In this document: positions 1 through 11,200 of the stretch, piece by piece
Layout of the letters: each line of letters opens with the position of its first letter
Position numbering within the stretch: position 1 is the stretch's first letter
Assembly: GCA_016718345.1 (NCBI GenBank)
Contig: JADKDN010000009.1
Location: 25,563 to 89,562 of the forward strand
Length of the DNA: 64,000 bases
Source: Flavobacterium sp.
GTDB taxonomy: Bacteria > Bacteroidota > Bacteroidia > Flavobacteriales > Flavobacteriaceae
Direction of reading: 5' to 3'
Notes under the pieces: generated by a model
What the model was told of the DNA's origin: nothing
Databases searched by the model: none
What the model saw: only the letters and a program-made list of their open reading frames with translations
Translations under genes and position numbers: made by a program

Positions 1-60
1 TGCAATTGCGGTCGCCCAGCTTCCTCCGCCAATAACAGCAAATTTGGGATAGTTTGTCAT
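1..60 (-). CDS. gpsA: NAD(P)H-dependent glycerol-3-phosphate dehydrogenase, N-terminus (runs off window)
   Basis: Reverse strand reads MTNYPKFAVIGGGSWATAIA, the Rossmann GxGxW start of GpsA. Confidence 0.85.
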   Translation of the reverse strand, partial: MTNYPKFAVIGGGSWATAIA

Positions 61-299
61 ATTTATTTTATTTTCTTAATCTTATCGGCTGAAGATTGTT
101 AAAATAGAATGAGATAAAAAATGATGAATTTAATTAAAAGCGTTAAAACTATTAATTACTCAAAAGTAACGAAAAATCGATAAAAAGGAATGCTAAATGC
201 ATTAAGATTAAGAATCAAAGGAAACCCGATTTGATGTTTTAAGTTATAATTAACTTAAAATTATGATTTTCAATGCAATACAAATAAACTAAATCTCGT

Positions 300-414
300 T
301 ATAACTGTTCGAATCTATGAATAGCAAGTACGCTTGTTCATGATTTGAAGGGGTTAGTTTTGTTTTTGGTTAGTTATAAAAGCGTTCCATAATTAGTTTC
401 AGGAGCGCTTTTTT
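300..414 (+). ncRNA. candidate small RNA (5' hairpin, U/G-rich tract, terminator); 5' end uncertain
   Basis: Hairpin 317-341 with TACG loop; TTTTGTTTTTGGTTAGTT tract; terminator 378-414 whose T-G pair only works on the + strand, although both flanking genes are on the - strand. Confidence 0.4.
378..414 (+). terminator. intrinsic terminator, possibly bidirectional, at the nadD 3' end
   Basis: AAAAGCGTTCC...GGAGCGCTTTTTT. Confidence 0.6.
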
Positions 415-995
415 ATTTTTTATACAAATTATTATGGTCAATATATTCCCAAACTTTAGCGGGTAAAAGCGGTTGAATATTTTTCTTTTTCTTAATATTT
501 TCTCTAATAAAAGTTGACGAAATTTCCACTATCGGTGCATTAATAAAATGAATTTTAGGATGGTTTTTAAATTCATGATTTTCTGTCTCAGAAGAAATTC
601 TAGGATAGACATAAATGGTGTGATTTTCTAAAATGACTTCATAGTTTTTCCATTTATGAAAAGTCTTTAAATTGTCTTCGCCCATAATTAATGAAAAATC
701 ATAGCTTGGATATTTGTCCTGCAAATGCGCTAAAGTATGAACAGTGTAATTGGGTTGAGGTAATTTGAATTCAAAATCAGAAGGCTTAATTTTTGGATAA
801 TCTTCTGTTGCCAGAAAAACCAAATGTAAACGTTGGTAATCATCTAGCAATGTATCTTTCTTTTTCAAGGGATTGTGAGGAGTAACCATCATCCAAATTT
901 GATCCAAGCCGGAATATTCTGCCATATGATTGGCAATTATCAAGATGGCCAATATGAATGGGGTTGAACGTTCCAAAATACAATCCTACTTTCAT
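413..995 (-). CDS. nadD: nicotinate-nucleotide adenylyltransferase (indel near 5' end)
   Basis: True start MKVGLYFGTFNPIHIGHL at 995 joins ORF 413-976 carrying the MGEDN and ISSTFIR motifs. Confidence 0.93.
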
Positions 996-1023
996 TTTTT
1001 ATATGTTGACAGTGTATTTCTAC

Positions 1024-1595
1024 TTAATTATTTAAAAATTCCTTGACTAGTTCGTAGGCTTCTTCTTTGGCAATATCTAAGTCGTAATTTTTAATGATTT
1101 TATCAAATTGAGGTGCTGTAGCCAATTCAACAGAAGCCTTTGCAATTCGCATATTTATTTTATCTTCACTTTCTGTCGAGCGTTTTTTTAGCCTGATTTT
1201 CAGTTCATCAATACTTGGAGGTTTTACAAAAACAGCTAGAGTTTCCTCTGGGAATTTCTTTTTGATACGTAATCCGCCTGCCACATCAATATCAAAAATC
1301 ACATTTTTCCATTGGCCCAAATGCGTTCAATTTCTGTTTTCAAGGTTCCGTAGAAATTATCGCGATACACTTCTTCCCATTCCACAAAATCATCTGCTTT
1401 AATGTGTTTTTTGAATTCTTCAATAGACATGAAATAATAATCTTTTCCATTTATTTCCTCGCCACGAGCTTCGCGAGTTGCTGCTGAAATTGAAAATTCT
1501 AAATTTAAATCTTCTTTACTAAGCAAATGCCTAACGATAGTGGTTTTTCCTGATCCAGATGGTGCCGAAAACACGAGTAATTTTCCTTTTTTCAT
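1024..1595 (-). CDS. gmk: guanylate kinase (split by indel near 1310)
   Basis: [11 protein letters not shown]-loop, GKDYYF, FYGT and DIDVAG across two overlapping ORFs. Confidence 0.95.
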
Positions 1596-1624
1596 TTTTT
1601 ATTGGGCTGTCAGCTTGTGGCTTT

Positions 1625-2485
1625 TTATAATACGTTCAAAACTTGTTCTTTAATTTTTTCCAATTCATCTTTCATCATTACTACGATTTTTTGCATTTGA
1701 GCATGATTGGATTTTGAACCCATCGTGTTGATTTCTCTTCCCATTTCTTGGGTAATGAATCCTAATTTTCTTCCGTTGGCTTCATTTCCTTTTATGGTTT
1801 CAAGAAAGTAATCTAAATGATTGGTTAGCCTTACTTTTTCTTCGGTAATGTCTAATTTTTCTAAATAATAGATTAATTCTTGTTCAAAACGATTTTCATC
1901 AACGTTTACTTTTAGTTCAGAAATTGCGGTTTGTAAACGGTCTTTTATAGCTTGAACACGTTCTGGGTCGAGTGCCAAGGCTTGCTCCATTAAAGAACGA
2001 ATATTACCTATTCGCAATTGAAATTCTTTTTCTAACGATTGACCTTCATCTTTTCTAAAATTGACAATATTCGCTAAACTTTCATCGATTACGGTTTGAA
2101 TTTGAACCCAATCATTTTCGTCGATTTCTTCTCGATCAGTTTTTAGAGCATCGGGCATTCTCACCGCCATTTTCATTAATTCGGTCTCGTCTGCTTCAGC
2201 ATATACTTCTCTCAATTGGTTGATGTAGGCTTTCACTATTGGGACATTTACTTTGCTTGCCGTTAGTTCTGCTGATGTTTCTACATAGATAGAAAAATCT
2301 ATTTTACCTCTTTCAAGAGCTGCTGAGATTTGGTTACGCAAACCCAATTCCATTTCACGGTAAACAGAAGGCATTCGCACATTTAAATCAAGTCCTTTAC
2401 TGTTTAACGATTTTACTTCTATGGTTATTTTTTTGCCTGGTAATTGCAGTGTTGCTTTACCAAAACCGGTCATTGATTGTATCAT
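1625..2485 (-). CDS. yicC: YicC/YloC family endoribonuclease
   Basis: MIQSMTGFG start; GRKLGFITQEMGREINTMGSKS; upstream of gmk as is typical. Confidence 0.93.
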   Translation of the reverse strand: MIQSMTGFGKATLQLPGKKITIEVKSLNSKGLDLNVRMPSVYREMELGLRNQISAALERGKIDFSIYVETSAELTASKVNVPIVKAYINQLREVYAEADETELMKMAVRMPDALKTDREEIDENDWVQIQTVIDESLANIVNFRKDEGQSLEKEFQLRIGNIRSLMEQALALDPERVQAIKDRLQTAISELKVNVDENRFEQELIYYLEKLDITEEKVRLTNHLDYFLETIKGNEANGRKLGFITQEMGREINTMGSKSNHAQMQKIVVMMKDELEKIKEQVLNVL

Positions 2486-2567
2486 TTGTATGTTTTAATA
2501 GCTTTCAAATATAAGTAAATCTTTTTTGTCTTTAGTGTGATAGAATTCAATTTGAAAGGCTAAGTAA

Positions 2568-3452
2568 TTATTGGTTTCTTTTATTTATTACAAGATAAAC
2601 TCCGCCAAAGATTAAAATTGTCGAGACGATTTTCACCCAATTCAAATTGTCTTTTCCTAATCCGATGGCAAAAACTGTTGCAAATAAAGGTTGTAAATAA
2701 ATAAAAACAGCAACAGTTGTTGGTTTTAGTTCTTTCATGGAAAGTAAATTAAGCAAATAGGTGATGAAGGTTGAAAAGACTACGACGAAACCAATTTTCC
2801 ATACAATTGTTATAGGAACCATTGACCAATTAACATCCATAAATTGGCTCCAGCCAAAAGGTAAAACCATTAAAAATCCAAAAAGATAAATCCATTTTAC
2901 AAACGTAAAAGCATTGTATTTATCCATTAATTTTTTTACGATAATGAGGTAAAAACCATACGAAACCGCATTTGCAAAAACTAGAAAATTACCTAGACTT
3001 CCATTAGTTGCATTGCCAATCGATTTGCCATAAAGAATTAGAAAAGCTGTTCCCATTAATCCCAAAATGATGCCTATTACTTTTGATTTTTGCAGCCTTT
3101 CTTTCATCAGAATTGCCGAAAGCACTAACACTATCATAGGCGTTGTAACCATTATCACCGCAGCCGATATGGGAGAAGTTAAGCTCAAACCTTTGAATAA
3201 AGTCAGCATATTAAAAGCTACTCCAAAAAAAGCCGAAGCGATGATTCGCGGCACATCAGCCAAGTCAATTTTTTCTTTTGGAACAAATAACCAAGATAGC
3301 CAAAACAATACTACAGAGCCTCCAACTCGCATCAGTATAAACCCATAAGCGTCTATATATTGAGGCATAACATCTTTTGCGATGGTAAAAGTGATGCCAT
3401 AAATTATAGAAACAATGGTAGCGCCAAGAAGCGCCAGATTTCTTTTAGACAT
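2568..3452 (-). CDS. DMT/EamA family transporter
   Basis: About 10 hydrophobic helices in two EamA-like repeats; YLQPLFA motif. Confidence 0.85.
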   Translation of the reverse strand: MSKRNLALLGATIVSIIYGITFTIAKDVMPQYIDAYGFILMRVGGSVVLFWLSWLFVPKEKIDLADVPRIIASAFFGVAFNMLTLFKGLSLTSPISAAVIMVTTPMIVLVLSAILMKERLQKSKVIGIILGLMGTAFLILYGKSIGNATNGSLGNFLVFANAVSYGFYLIIVKKLMDKYNAFTFVKWIYLFGFLMVLPFGWSQFMDVNWSMVPITIVWKIGFVVVFSTFITYLLNLLSMKELKPTTVAVFIYLQPLFATVFAIGLGKDNLNWVKIVSTILIFGGVYLVINKRNQ

Positions 3453-3805
3453 TAGCTTAAAACGTTCAGAACGTCAAGGATGTTTTTTTGACTGTTACCG
3501 ATGTAAATTTTGTTTTCAATAATAAAAACTGGACGACTTAGAAAAGTGTAATGTTCGAGAATGTATTTTTTATAGTCGGTTTCGGTTAGGTTTTTGTTTT
3601 TTAAATCTAATGATTTATAAAGTTGGGCTTTTTTGCTGAATAAGGCTTCGTAACTTCCTGAAAGTTGATGCATTTCTTCCAATTCCTCTGTTGAGATAGG
3701 ATTTTGCTTAATATCGTGAAATATCAAATTAGCGTCTTTTGGTAACGATTTTATAATTTTTCTACAGGTGTCGCAGGAAGCGAGATAATATATTTTGTTC
3801 GTCAT
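3452..3805 (-). CDS. ArsC/Spx (arsenate reductase) family protein
   Basis: N-terminal CDTCRK (CxxC) and C-terminal LSRPV. Confidence 0.85.
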   Translation of the reverse strand: MTNKIYYLASCDTCRKIIKSLPKDANLIFHDIKQNPISTEELEEMHQLSGSYEALFSKKAQLYKSLDLKNKNLTETDYKKYILEHYTFLSRPVFIIENKIYIGNSQKNILDVLNVLS

Positions 3806-3873
3806 ATTATTTCTTTGTGCAAAGGAAATTCATTTGAAACTTATAATATGTATTTTTATAAAAAATTTAAAGT

Positions 3874-4329
3874 ATGGAAACGATATTTAAAATATGGGAA
3901 ACGAGTAGAAAACAGTATTTAAAATTTTTTGATGGCTATAGCTTAGAACAGTTAAATAGTATTCCTAAAGGATTTAGTAATAATCTTATTTGGAATATAG
4001 GACACATTATTGTGGCACAGCAAGGTTTGGTTTATCGTCTCTCAGGATTGCCAACCTACATCACAGATGAAATGACAGATACTTATAAAAATGGTTCAAA
4101 ACCGACAGGAATGACCACCCAAACTGAAGTTGATGAGTTAAAAGTTTTGCTAATGACATTGCTGGAGAAAACAAAGGATGATTTCGTAAAGGAAAAATTT
4201 AATAACTATAACGAGTTTACTACGAGTACAGGATTTCATTTGGCATCAACAAAAGAAGCATTGGAATTCAACAATTATCACGAAGCACTTCATCTTGGAT
4301 TTATGATGAATATTAGAAAATTTGTTTAA
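3874..4329 (+). CDS. DinB/YfiT-like metal-dependent protein
   Basis: NNLIWNIGH and NNYHEALHLG histidine triad. Confidence 0.8.
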   Translation: METIFKIWETSRKQYLKFFDGYSLEQLNSIPKGFSNNLIWNIGHIIVAQQGLVYRLSGLPTYITDEMTDTYKNGSKPTGMTTQTEVDELKVLLMTLLEKTKDDFVKEKFNNYNEFTTSTGFHLASTKEALEFNNYHEALHLGFMMNIRKFV

Positions 4330-4349
4330 GAATAACTTAATACTAAAAA

Positions 4350-5491
4350 ATGAAATTCAATACCAAAGCGATTCACGGAGGTCAACATCACGATCCAAGT
4401 ACTGGAGCTGTAATGCCTCCCGTATATCAAACATCTACGTTTGTTCAAACAAGTCCAGGACAGCCAATTGGAGATTATGAATACAGTCGAGCCTCAAACC
4501 CTACACGAACAGCTTTAGAACATGCCTTAGCAAGTATCGAAAATGGGAATCGTGCTTTAGCTTTCTCATCAGGATTGGCTGCGACAGATTGTATTCTGCG
4601 TTCTTTTAAAGCAGGCGATGAAGTCATTGCTATGGACGATTTGTATGGTGGCACCTACAGAATGTTTACTCGTATTTATAAAGATTCAGGGATAAAATTT
4701 CATTTTGTGGATATGAACGACTTGGAGAAATTCCAATCGTTAATTAATGGAAACACTAAGATGGTATGGGTGGAAACTCCAACAAATCCATTGATGAAAT
4801 TAGCTGATATTCAGGAGATTGCTAAAATCACAAAATCAAAAAACATCCTTTTTGCTGTTGATAATACTTTTGCAACACCTTATTTACAGAAGCCATTAGA
4901 TTTAGGAGCGGATATTGTCATGCACTCTGCAACAAAATACCTAGGTGGTCACTCTGATGTGATTGCGGGAGCATTAATTGTAAAAGATGGAGTTTTAGGA
5001 GAACAGTTACATTTTCAACAGTTTGCTACTGGGGCAACATTGGGTCCAATGGACAGCTTCTTGGTTTTGAGAGGAATTAAAACGCTGCATTTGAGAATGC
5101 AAAGGCATTGTGAAAACGGTCAAAAAATAGCTGAATTTTTAGACAATCATCCAAAAATAAAAACGGTTTATTACCCAGGATTGGTAAACCATCCTTTTCA
5201 TGAGATTGCAAAAAAGCAAATGAGTGGTTTTGGTGGAATGGTATCTTTTACTTTTGTTTCAGGTAAAAAAGAAGAGGCTATTACTTTTTTGGAAAAACTT
5301 AAGGTGTTTACCTTGGCAGAATCTCTAGGAGGAGTAGAATCTTTAGCAAATCATCCTGCGTTGATGACTCACGCCTCTATCCCTGAAGAAAAAGAAAAGA
5401 AATAGGAATTACCGATGACCTAGTTCGATTAAGTGTCGGGGTTGAAGATATTGAAGATTTAATTGCTGATTTAGAACAAGCATTATTTTGA
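4350..5491 (+). CDS. cystathionine gamma-synthase/lyase (Cys/Met PLP enzyme; indel near 5395)
   Basis: [30 protein letters not shown]; C-terminal [10 protein letters not shown]...LEQALF continues in another frame. Confidence 0.9.
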
Positions 5492-5498
5492 TGTGCTC

Positions 5499-6287
5499 CT
5501 ATTGAATGTAATAAATATATCCAAAATTAAACCAAACTAACCAATCGTTAGAGCGGTTTTCAGTATAAATCTTTGGGTCAGGATTCAATCCGTCCACCCA
5601 ATTAGAAAAGTAATATTGAAAACGTAAATCTACCATTAAATCTGATAGTGGCGATATTTTATAACGAGATCCAACACTACTTACAATTGACCAAACAGTT
5701 CCTCCAGCATTATCAGTTGCATTATAATATTTAATGGGAGTTGTTGCCGGAGTATTTAGTTTTCCTAAAGTAGAATAAGCTTCGGGGTCATAAAAACTGA
5801 ATTGACCACCTAGACTTAAAAAAGGTCCCCAAGAACCAATTGTTGCGGTAAAATCTCGAATACTCATTGGGAAAAATTCCAATTGCATGCCTATATTGGT
5901 CACGGCAGTACTTCCTCTCATTCCTCTTAATTGTTCATTGAACAACTTTTTCCTTTCTGGTCTAACCCATTCTCCAAAATGTTTTAATTCAGTCTTGTTA
6001 TAAGATAATTCACTTCGTAATTTGAAATGGTCGTTAAAATAGGTTTCAGGAGTATAACAATTACAATCGGCTTTGTATGAAAAATTTAAATAGTGAATAA
6101 TACCAATTCCATATCCTGTATTTCCAGCATTTGTAGAAAAATCATGTCTTTCACCATAATCAGATTGAAATGCAACAGATCCTGTTATTATACCAACTTC
6201 ATGAGAGAAACCATATTGTGCAATAATCTTATTGGAAAAAACCAATAAAAGCAGGAAGATTATTAAAAAGCACTTAGTGATTCGCAT
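5499..6287 (-). CDS. outer-membrane beta-barrel protein (PorT-like; THC0290_0291-type family from recall)
   Basis: Signal peptide, alternating beta-strands, aromatic C-terminus FNFGYIYYIQ, DWxDG-like NWVDGLNP. Confidence 0.6.
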   Translation of the reverse strand: MRITKCFLIIFLLLLVFSNKIIAQYGFSHEVGIITGSVAFQSDYGERHDFSTNAGNTGYGIGIIHYLNFSYKADCNCYTPETYFNDHFKLRSELSYNKTELKHFGEWVRPERKKLFNEQLRGMRGSTAVTNIGMQLEFFPMSIRDFTATIGSWGPFLSLGGQFSFYDPEAYSTLGKLNTPATTPIKYYNATDNAGGTVWSIVSSVGSRYKISPLSDLMVDLRFQYYFSNWVDGLNPDPKIYTENRSNDWLVWFNFGYIYYIQ

Positions 6288-6383
6288 TTAAATAAAATCA
6301 ATTAACGACAAATATATAAAAACATCATTCATATATTTAAAAAAATTAAAAATTAAAAGAATAGTAGTCAATTTCTAATTTAT

Positions 6384-6409
6384 TTACGAAAACTATAACG
6401 TTTTCGTAA
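6384..6409. promoter_or_regulatory. perfect inverted repeat, operator-like
   Basis: TTACGAAAAC-tataac-GTTTTCGTAA in the divergent intergenic region. Confidence 0.55.
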
Positions 6410-6509
6410 TATGTAATATTGTAATTATTGATTTCTCTAAAATAGATTAATAAAATGATAATTCTGTTGGAGTAAGGTAAAAAAAGCAGCCCGATATTTT
6501 TATAAAATG

Positions 6510-6542
6510 TATATTTGTACCAGCTAACGAAAACGTTTTCTT
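6510..6542 (+). promoter_or_regulatory. gdhA promoter -7 element followed by an operator-like palindrome
   Basis: TATATTTG (TAnnTTTG) at 6510-6517; ACGAAAACGTTTTCTT at 6527-6542. Confidence 0.6.
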
Positions 6543-6616
6543 AAATTGTAAAATAGGCTAAGTTTTTCAAGTAAGAAAAACGGAATTATTAATTTAGTTG
6601 AAAAATTTATTTCAAA

Positions 6617-7960
6617 ATGGAACACAAAATAAATCAATTTATGGCACTCGTTGAGGCCAAAAACCCAAATGAGCCAGAGTTTATCCAAGCCGTAAGAGAA
6701 TTTGCCGAAACCGTAATTCCTTTTATTGCCACCAAGAAAAAATATGACGGAAAAAATTTACTACTAAGAATTGCTGAACCCGAAAGATCTATAATTTTCC
6801 GTGTTCCATGGGTAGATGATAAAGGAGAAATCCAGGTAAACAGAGGTTTTAGAATTCAGATGAATTCTGCAATAGGACCATACAAAGGAGGAATTCGATT
6901 TCATCATTCGGTTAATTTATCAGTTCTTAAATTTCTTGCTTTTGAACAAGTTTTTAAAAATAGCTTAACGACTCTCCCTATGGGTGGAGGGAAAGGAGGT
7001 TCTGATTTTGATCCACAAGGAAAATCAGATTCGGAAGTAATGCGTTTTTGTCAATCGTTTATGACGGAATTGTGTAGACATATTGGCCCTGATGTTGACG
7101 TTCCAGCAGGAGATATAGGGGTTGGAGCAAGAGAGATTGGATATTTATTTGGTCAATATAAAAGAATTAGAAATGAATTTACAGGAGTCTTGACGGGAAA
7201 AGGGATTGCATATGGAGGTTCATTAATTCGTCCGGAAGCAACAGGATATGGTGTGGTTTACTTTACAGAAGAGATGCTTAGAACTATAGGTCAAGAAATC
7301 AAAGGTAAAACCGTCGCTATTTCAGGATTTGGAAATGTTGCTTGGGGTGTAGCTTTAAAAGTAAACGAATTAGGCGGGAAAATTTTAACAATTTCAGGAC
7401 CTGACGGCTATGTTTACGATGAGGAAGGAATTTCAGGAGATAAAATCGAATACATGCTTGAAATGAGGGCAAGTGGAGACAATAGAGCTGAAATGTATAT
7501 CGAAAAATATCCTAATGCAGTTTTTCATAAAGGGAAAAGTGTTTGGGAAGTAAAAGTAGATATCGCTATACCTTGCGCAACACAAAATGAGTTGAATGAA
7601 GAAGACGCAAAAAAATTAATTGCAAATGGTGTCATCTGTGTCACTGAAGCCGCTAATATGCCTTGTACGTTGGATGCTATAAAACAATTTTTGCATCATA
7701 AAGTTCTTTATGCGCCAGGGAAAGCAGCCAATGCAGGTGGAGTTGCAGCTTCTGGTTTAGAAATGACTCAAAATTCAATTCGTTTAAATTGGACAAGTGA
7801 AGAAGTAGACGCAAGATTGAAAGACATTATGCTGGGTATTCACAATCAGTGTAAAAAATATGGTGTTGAGGATGATGGATATGTTAATTACGTTAAAGGA
7901 GCTAATATAGCAGGTTTTGTAAAAGTAGCAGACGCTATGTTAGCGCAGGGAGTTGTGTAA
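6617..7960 (+). CDS. gdhA: NADP-specific glutamate dehydrogenase
   Basis: GPYKGGIRF, GGGKGGSDF, RPEATGYG, KAANAGGV. Confidence 0.97.
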   Translation: MEHKINQFMALVEAKNPNEPEFIQAVREFAETVIPFIATKKKYDGKNLLLRIAEPERSIIFRVPWVDDKGEIQVNRGFRIQMNSAIGPYKGGIRFHHSVNLSVLKFLAFEQVFKNSLTTLPMGGGKGGSDFDPQGKSDSEVMRFCQSFMTELCRHIGPDVDVPAGDIGVGAREIGYLFGQYKRIRNEFTGVLTGKGIAYGGSLIRPEATGYGVVYFTEEMLRTIGQEIKGKTVAISGFGNVAWGVALKVNELGGKILTISGPDGYVYDEEGISGDKIEYMLEMRASGDNRAEMYIEKYPNAVFHKGKSVWEVKVDIAIPCATQNELNEEDAKKLIANGVICVTEAANMPCTLDAIKQFLHHKVLYAPGKAANAGGVAASGLEMTQNSIRLNWTSEEVDARLKDIMLGIHNQCKKYGVEDDGYVNYVKGANIAGFVKVADAMLAQGVV

Positions 7961-7984
7961 ATAAAAAAGGTATTGTTAATTCAG

Positions 7985-8016
7985 AAAAACGCCCTCATCA
8001 TGAGGGCGTTTTTTTT
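7985..8016 (+). terminator. gdhA intrinsic terminator
   Basis: AAAAACGCCCTCA-tca-TGAGGGCGTTTTTTTT. Confidence 0.75.
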
Positions 8017-10311
8017 GAACACAACATCGCTTTTCTTTTTTTATTTATTTTCCAAATTGCTTTTTCTCAAAACAGTCTTTTATGGAAAGGCTATTTTTCA
8101 TATAACGAAATAAAAGATTTATCCCAATCGAATGATAAGTTAGTCGTTGCCTCTGAAAACGCAATTTTTTCTAAAAATGTTATCTCTGGCGAAGTTAAAA
8201 CCATCAACACTATTGATGGACTTTCGGGACAAACAATAAGTTCAATTTATTACAGCCAAAATTTTAAAAAGACAATAGTAGGCTACGAAAGCGGATTGAT
8301 GATTGTGATCAATGAAATTGATGGAAGCATGTTGAATGTTGTTGATATAATCAACAAATCGATACCAACAAATGTTAAAAGAGTCAACCATTTTATGGAA
8401 TATAGCGGAATTGTTTATGTATCATGTGATTTCGGGATAGTACAATATAATTTAGCAACATTACAATTTGGTGATACTTATCTTATAGGAGACAATGGAG
8501 CCCAAATTGCAGTTTCGCAGACAACTATTTTCGACAATAAAATTTATGCAGCTACATTAAGTAACGGTATAAGAAGGGCGGACATCAATAACCCAAATTT
8601 AAATGATTACAGTCAATGGACAACGATAGTTGGATTTGGTTGGTCTGGTATTGAAGCCTTCGCAAATGAGTTAATAGCCACCTCTGGTTGGAATGTGTTG
8701 AAATTTCAAGGCGATTCATATATCAATATTGCCACTTTGCCCGAGTCTGTAGTAGATTTTAAAAAAAACGAAGATTATTTAGTCTTAACAACATCAAACC
8801 ATGTTTTTGTATATAACCCATCATTAATTCAAATTGCAGATATTACAAGTAATCAAATTCCTAATACCACAGCACAATTTACATGCGCTACGATTATTGG
8901 CGATACCGTTTTAATAGGAACTCTTGAAGATGGTGTTTTTAGTAAAAAAATCACATCATCAGTACTAGAAAACATTACACCTCAAGGCCATTTGAGGAAT
9001 AATATCTTTGCCCTTTCAACTTTATCAAAAGGCTTCTGGGCGGTTTATGGTGGATATAACTTTTTTTACAACCCATATGGATTTTACAAAGGTAGCCCAG
9101 CAAAATTTGGAATTAGCAAATACTCAGAAAAGGGATGGTTAAATATTCCTTATTCAAATCTTTTAGAGGCCAAAGCTTTGTCCAGAATAGTTGTAAACCC
9201 AAATAACGAGAATCAAGTATATGTAAGTTCTTATTATTCAGGACTTTTAGAGTTTGAAAGTGACCAATTAAAAACACTTTATAATGCTTCTAATACAGGC
9301 TCTGACGGGTTGAAATCGATTCCAAATCAAGTTCCTGATGATATTAGGGTTAATGGAACCGTATTTGATAAATCAGGAAATCTATGGCTTACAAGCAGTA
9401 TTGATTCTAAAGGGCTAAAAGTTCTAAAAACAAATGGACAATGGCAATCTTATGATATGTCTAAGGTATATCAAAGACTTGGAGTTTTAAACTTTGGAAG
9501 AATGGTTATTGATAGAAATGGGACCAAATGGTTAACGTCTCAAAATGATGGAATAATTGGTTTTAACGAAAATTACAACAACCTTTTTAAGACTATTAAA
9601 GAAGGATCAGATGTTGGTAATCTTCCCAATAATTACGCTAGTGCAGTAGCCATCGATAATAGAAACCAGCTGTGGATAGGAACCAGAAACGGATTACGAG
9701 TTTTACCAAGTATAGATAGTTTTAATTCATCAGAACAGCTAACAACACAACCAATAATTATAATCGAAGAAAATTTAGCACAAGAACTCTTGTACCAACA
9801 ATTGATAACTGATATTGTAGTTGATGGATCTAATAATAAATGGATTGCAACTGCAGATTCTGGAGTGTTTTTAGTTTCATCTGATGGACAAAAGACAATC
9901 TATCATTTCACCATAAAAAATTCTCCTTTGCCAAGCAATTCTATTAACGATATTGATATAAACGGATTGACAGGCGAGGTTTTCATAGCAACCTCAAGAG
10001 GAATGGTTTCTTTTAAAGGGATAGCTACAGAGGCTAATGAAAATTTGAATAATGCCTATATTTACCCCAATCCTGTTCGGCCAGATTTTACAGGAACAGT
10101 AAAAATTAGTGGATTAATAGATAGAGCTACTATTAAAATAACCGATGTTGAAGGAAATTTAGTTTACGAAACCACATCAGAGGGAGGGACTATAGAATGG
10201 GATACCACCGCTTTTGGGAAATATAAAGTTGCTTCTGGAGTTTATATGGTTTTCATTTCCTCTGAAGATGGTTTGGAAACGAAGGTGAAAAAAGTGATGA
10301 TTATTCGATAA
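8000..10311 (+). CDS. porZ: T9SS attachment-complex protein PorZ (beta-propellers plus type A CTD); start approximate
   Basis: Frame open upstream of 8296 through IAFLFLFIFQIAFSQNSLLWKGYFSY; propeller repeats; YIYPNPV...ASGVY...KKVMIIR CTD; upstream of recO. Confidence 0.8.
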
Positions 10312-10363
10312 AAATAGTATTCAGATTGCAGTTTCTGGAAATCTAAAATCTAAAAACCTAAAA

Positions 10364-11077
10364 TTGTTAGTCAAAACCAAAGCAATAGTTATTTCATCTT
10401 TAAAATATCAGGAAAAAAGCCTGATTGTCAAATGTTTTACGCAGTCTGAGGGTTTGAAATCTTATTTTGTTAGAGATGCTTTTTCATCTAGAAAATCCAA
10501 TCAAAAAATCGCTTATTTCCAGCCATTAACAATTCTAGAAATAGAAGCCATACATAAGAATAAAGGTACTTTAGAGAATTTCAAAGAAATAAAGATAGCC
10601 ACACCATTTCAATCTATTTATTCGGATATTTATAAAAGTACCATTGTCCTGTTTATTTCCGAAATTTTGCATCATTCTATTCACGAGGAAGAAAAAAACG
10701 AGGCTCTTTTTACTTTTTTAGAAACCGCTTTAAATTGGTTGGATACTCATAACGATATTGCTAATTTTCATCTTATTTTATTGTTAGAAATCACCAAATA
10801 TTTTGGCTTTTACCCCGATATTTCTCAGCTTGAAAATACCTTTTTTGAGATGAAGGAAGGAGTTTTTAGCCCTTTTCAAGCAGTAAATTCTTTATCTGAA
10901 CACGAAAGCGATTTATTAAAAAAACTTATTGAATTACGATTTGAAAGTGATAAAAAAACCTTTCATAGCTCGGAACGTCAAATCATTTTAAAAATTCTTG
11001 TAGAATATTATGGTTTTCATTTAGAAGGATTTAAAAAGCCAAAATCACTCGAGGTTTTAAGAGAAGTTTTCTCATAA
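10364..11077 (+). CDS. recO: DNA repair protein RecO
   Basis: TKAIV...KYQEKSLIV N-terminus; FGFYP; KSLEVLREVF C-terminus. Confidence 0.9.
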   Translation: MLVKTKAIVISSLKYQEKSLIVKCFTQSEGLKSYFVRDAFSSRKSNQKIAYFQPLTILEIEAIHKNKGTLENFKEIKIATPFQSIYSDIYKSTIVLFISEILHHSIHEEEKNEALFTFLETALNWLDTHNDIANFHLILLLEITKYFGFYPDISQLENTFFEMKEGVFSPFQAVNSLSEHESDLLKKLIELRFESDKKTFHSSERQIILKILVEYYGFHLEGFKKPKSLEVLREVFS

Positions 11078-11200
11078 ATTTTTAGAAAAGTTATTTTTAC
11101 CCTAGAATTTTTGGTTAAAGTCTATTCTCTTTTATCTATTTTCTATTGTCTTTTATCAAAATTCCTTACTTTCGCAAACTGATTTAAGAAAACGACAAAA

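Noticed and set aside
10339-10363. Short AATCTAA-type repeats (also ~54883-54912) and CAACA runs at ~59258-59287
   Set aside because: Low-complexity intergenic runs of few imperfect units; no evidence of function or phase variation
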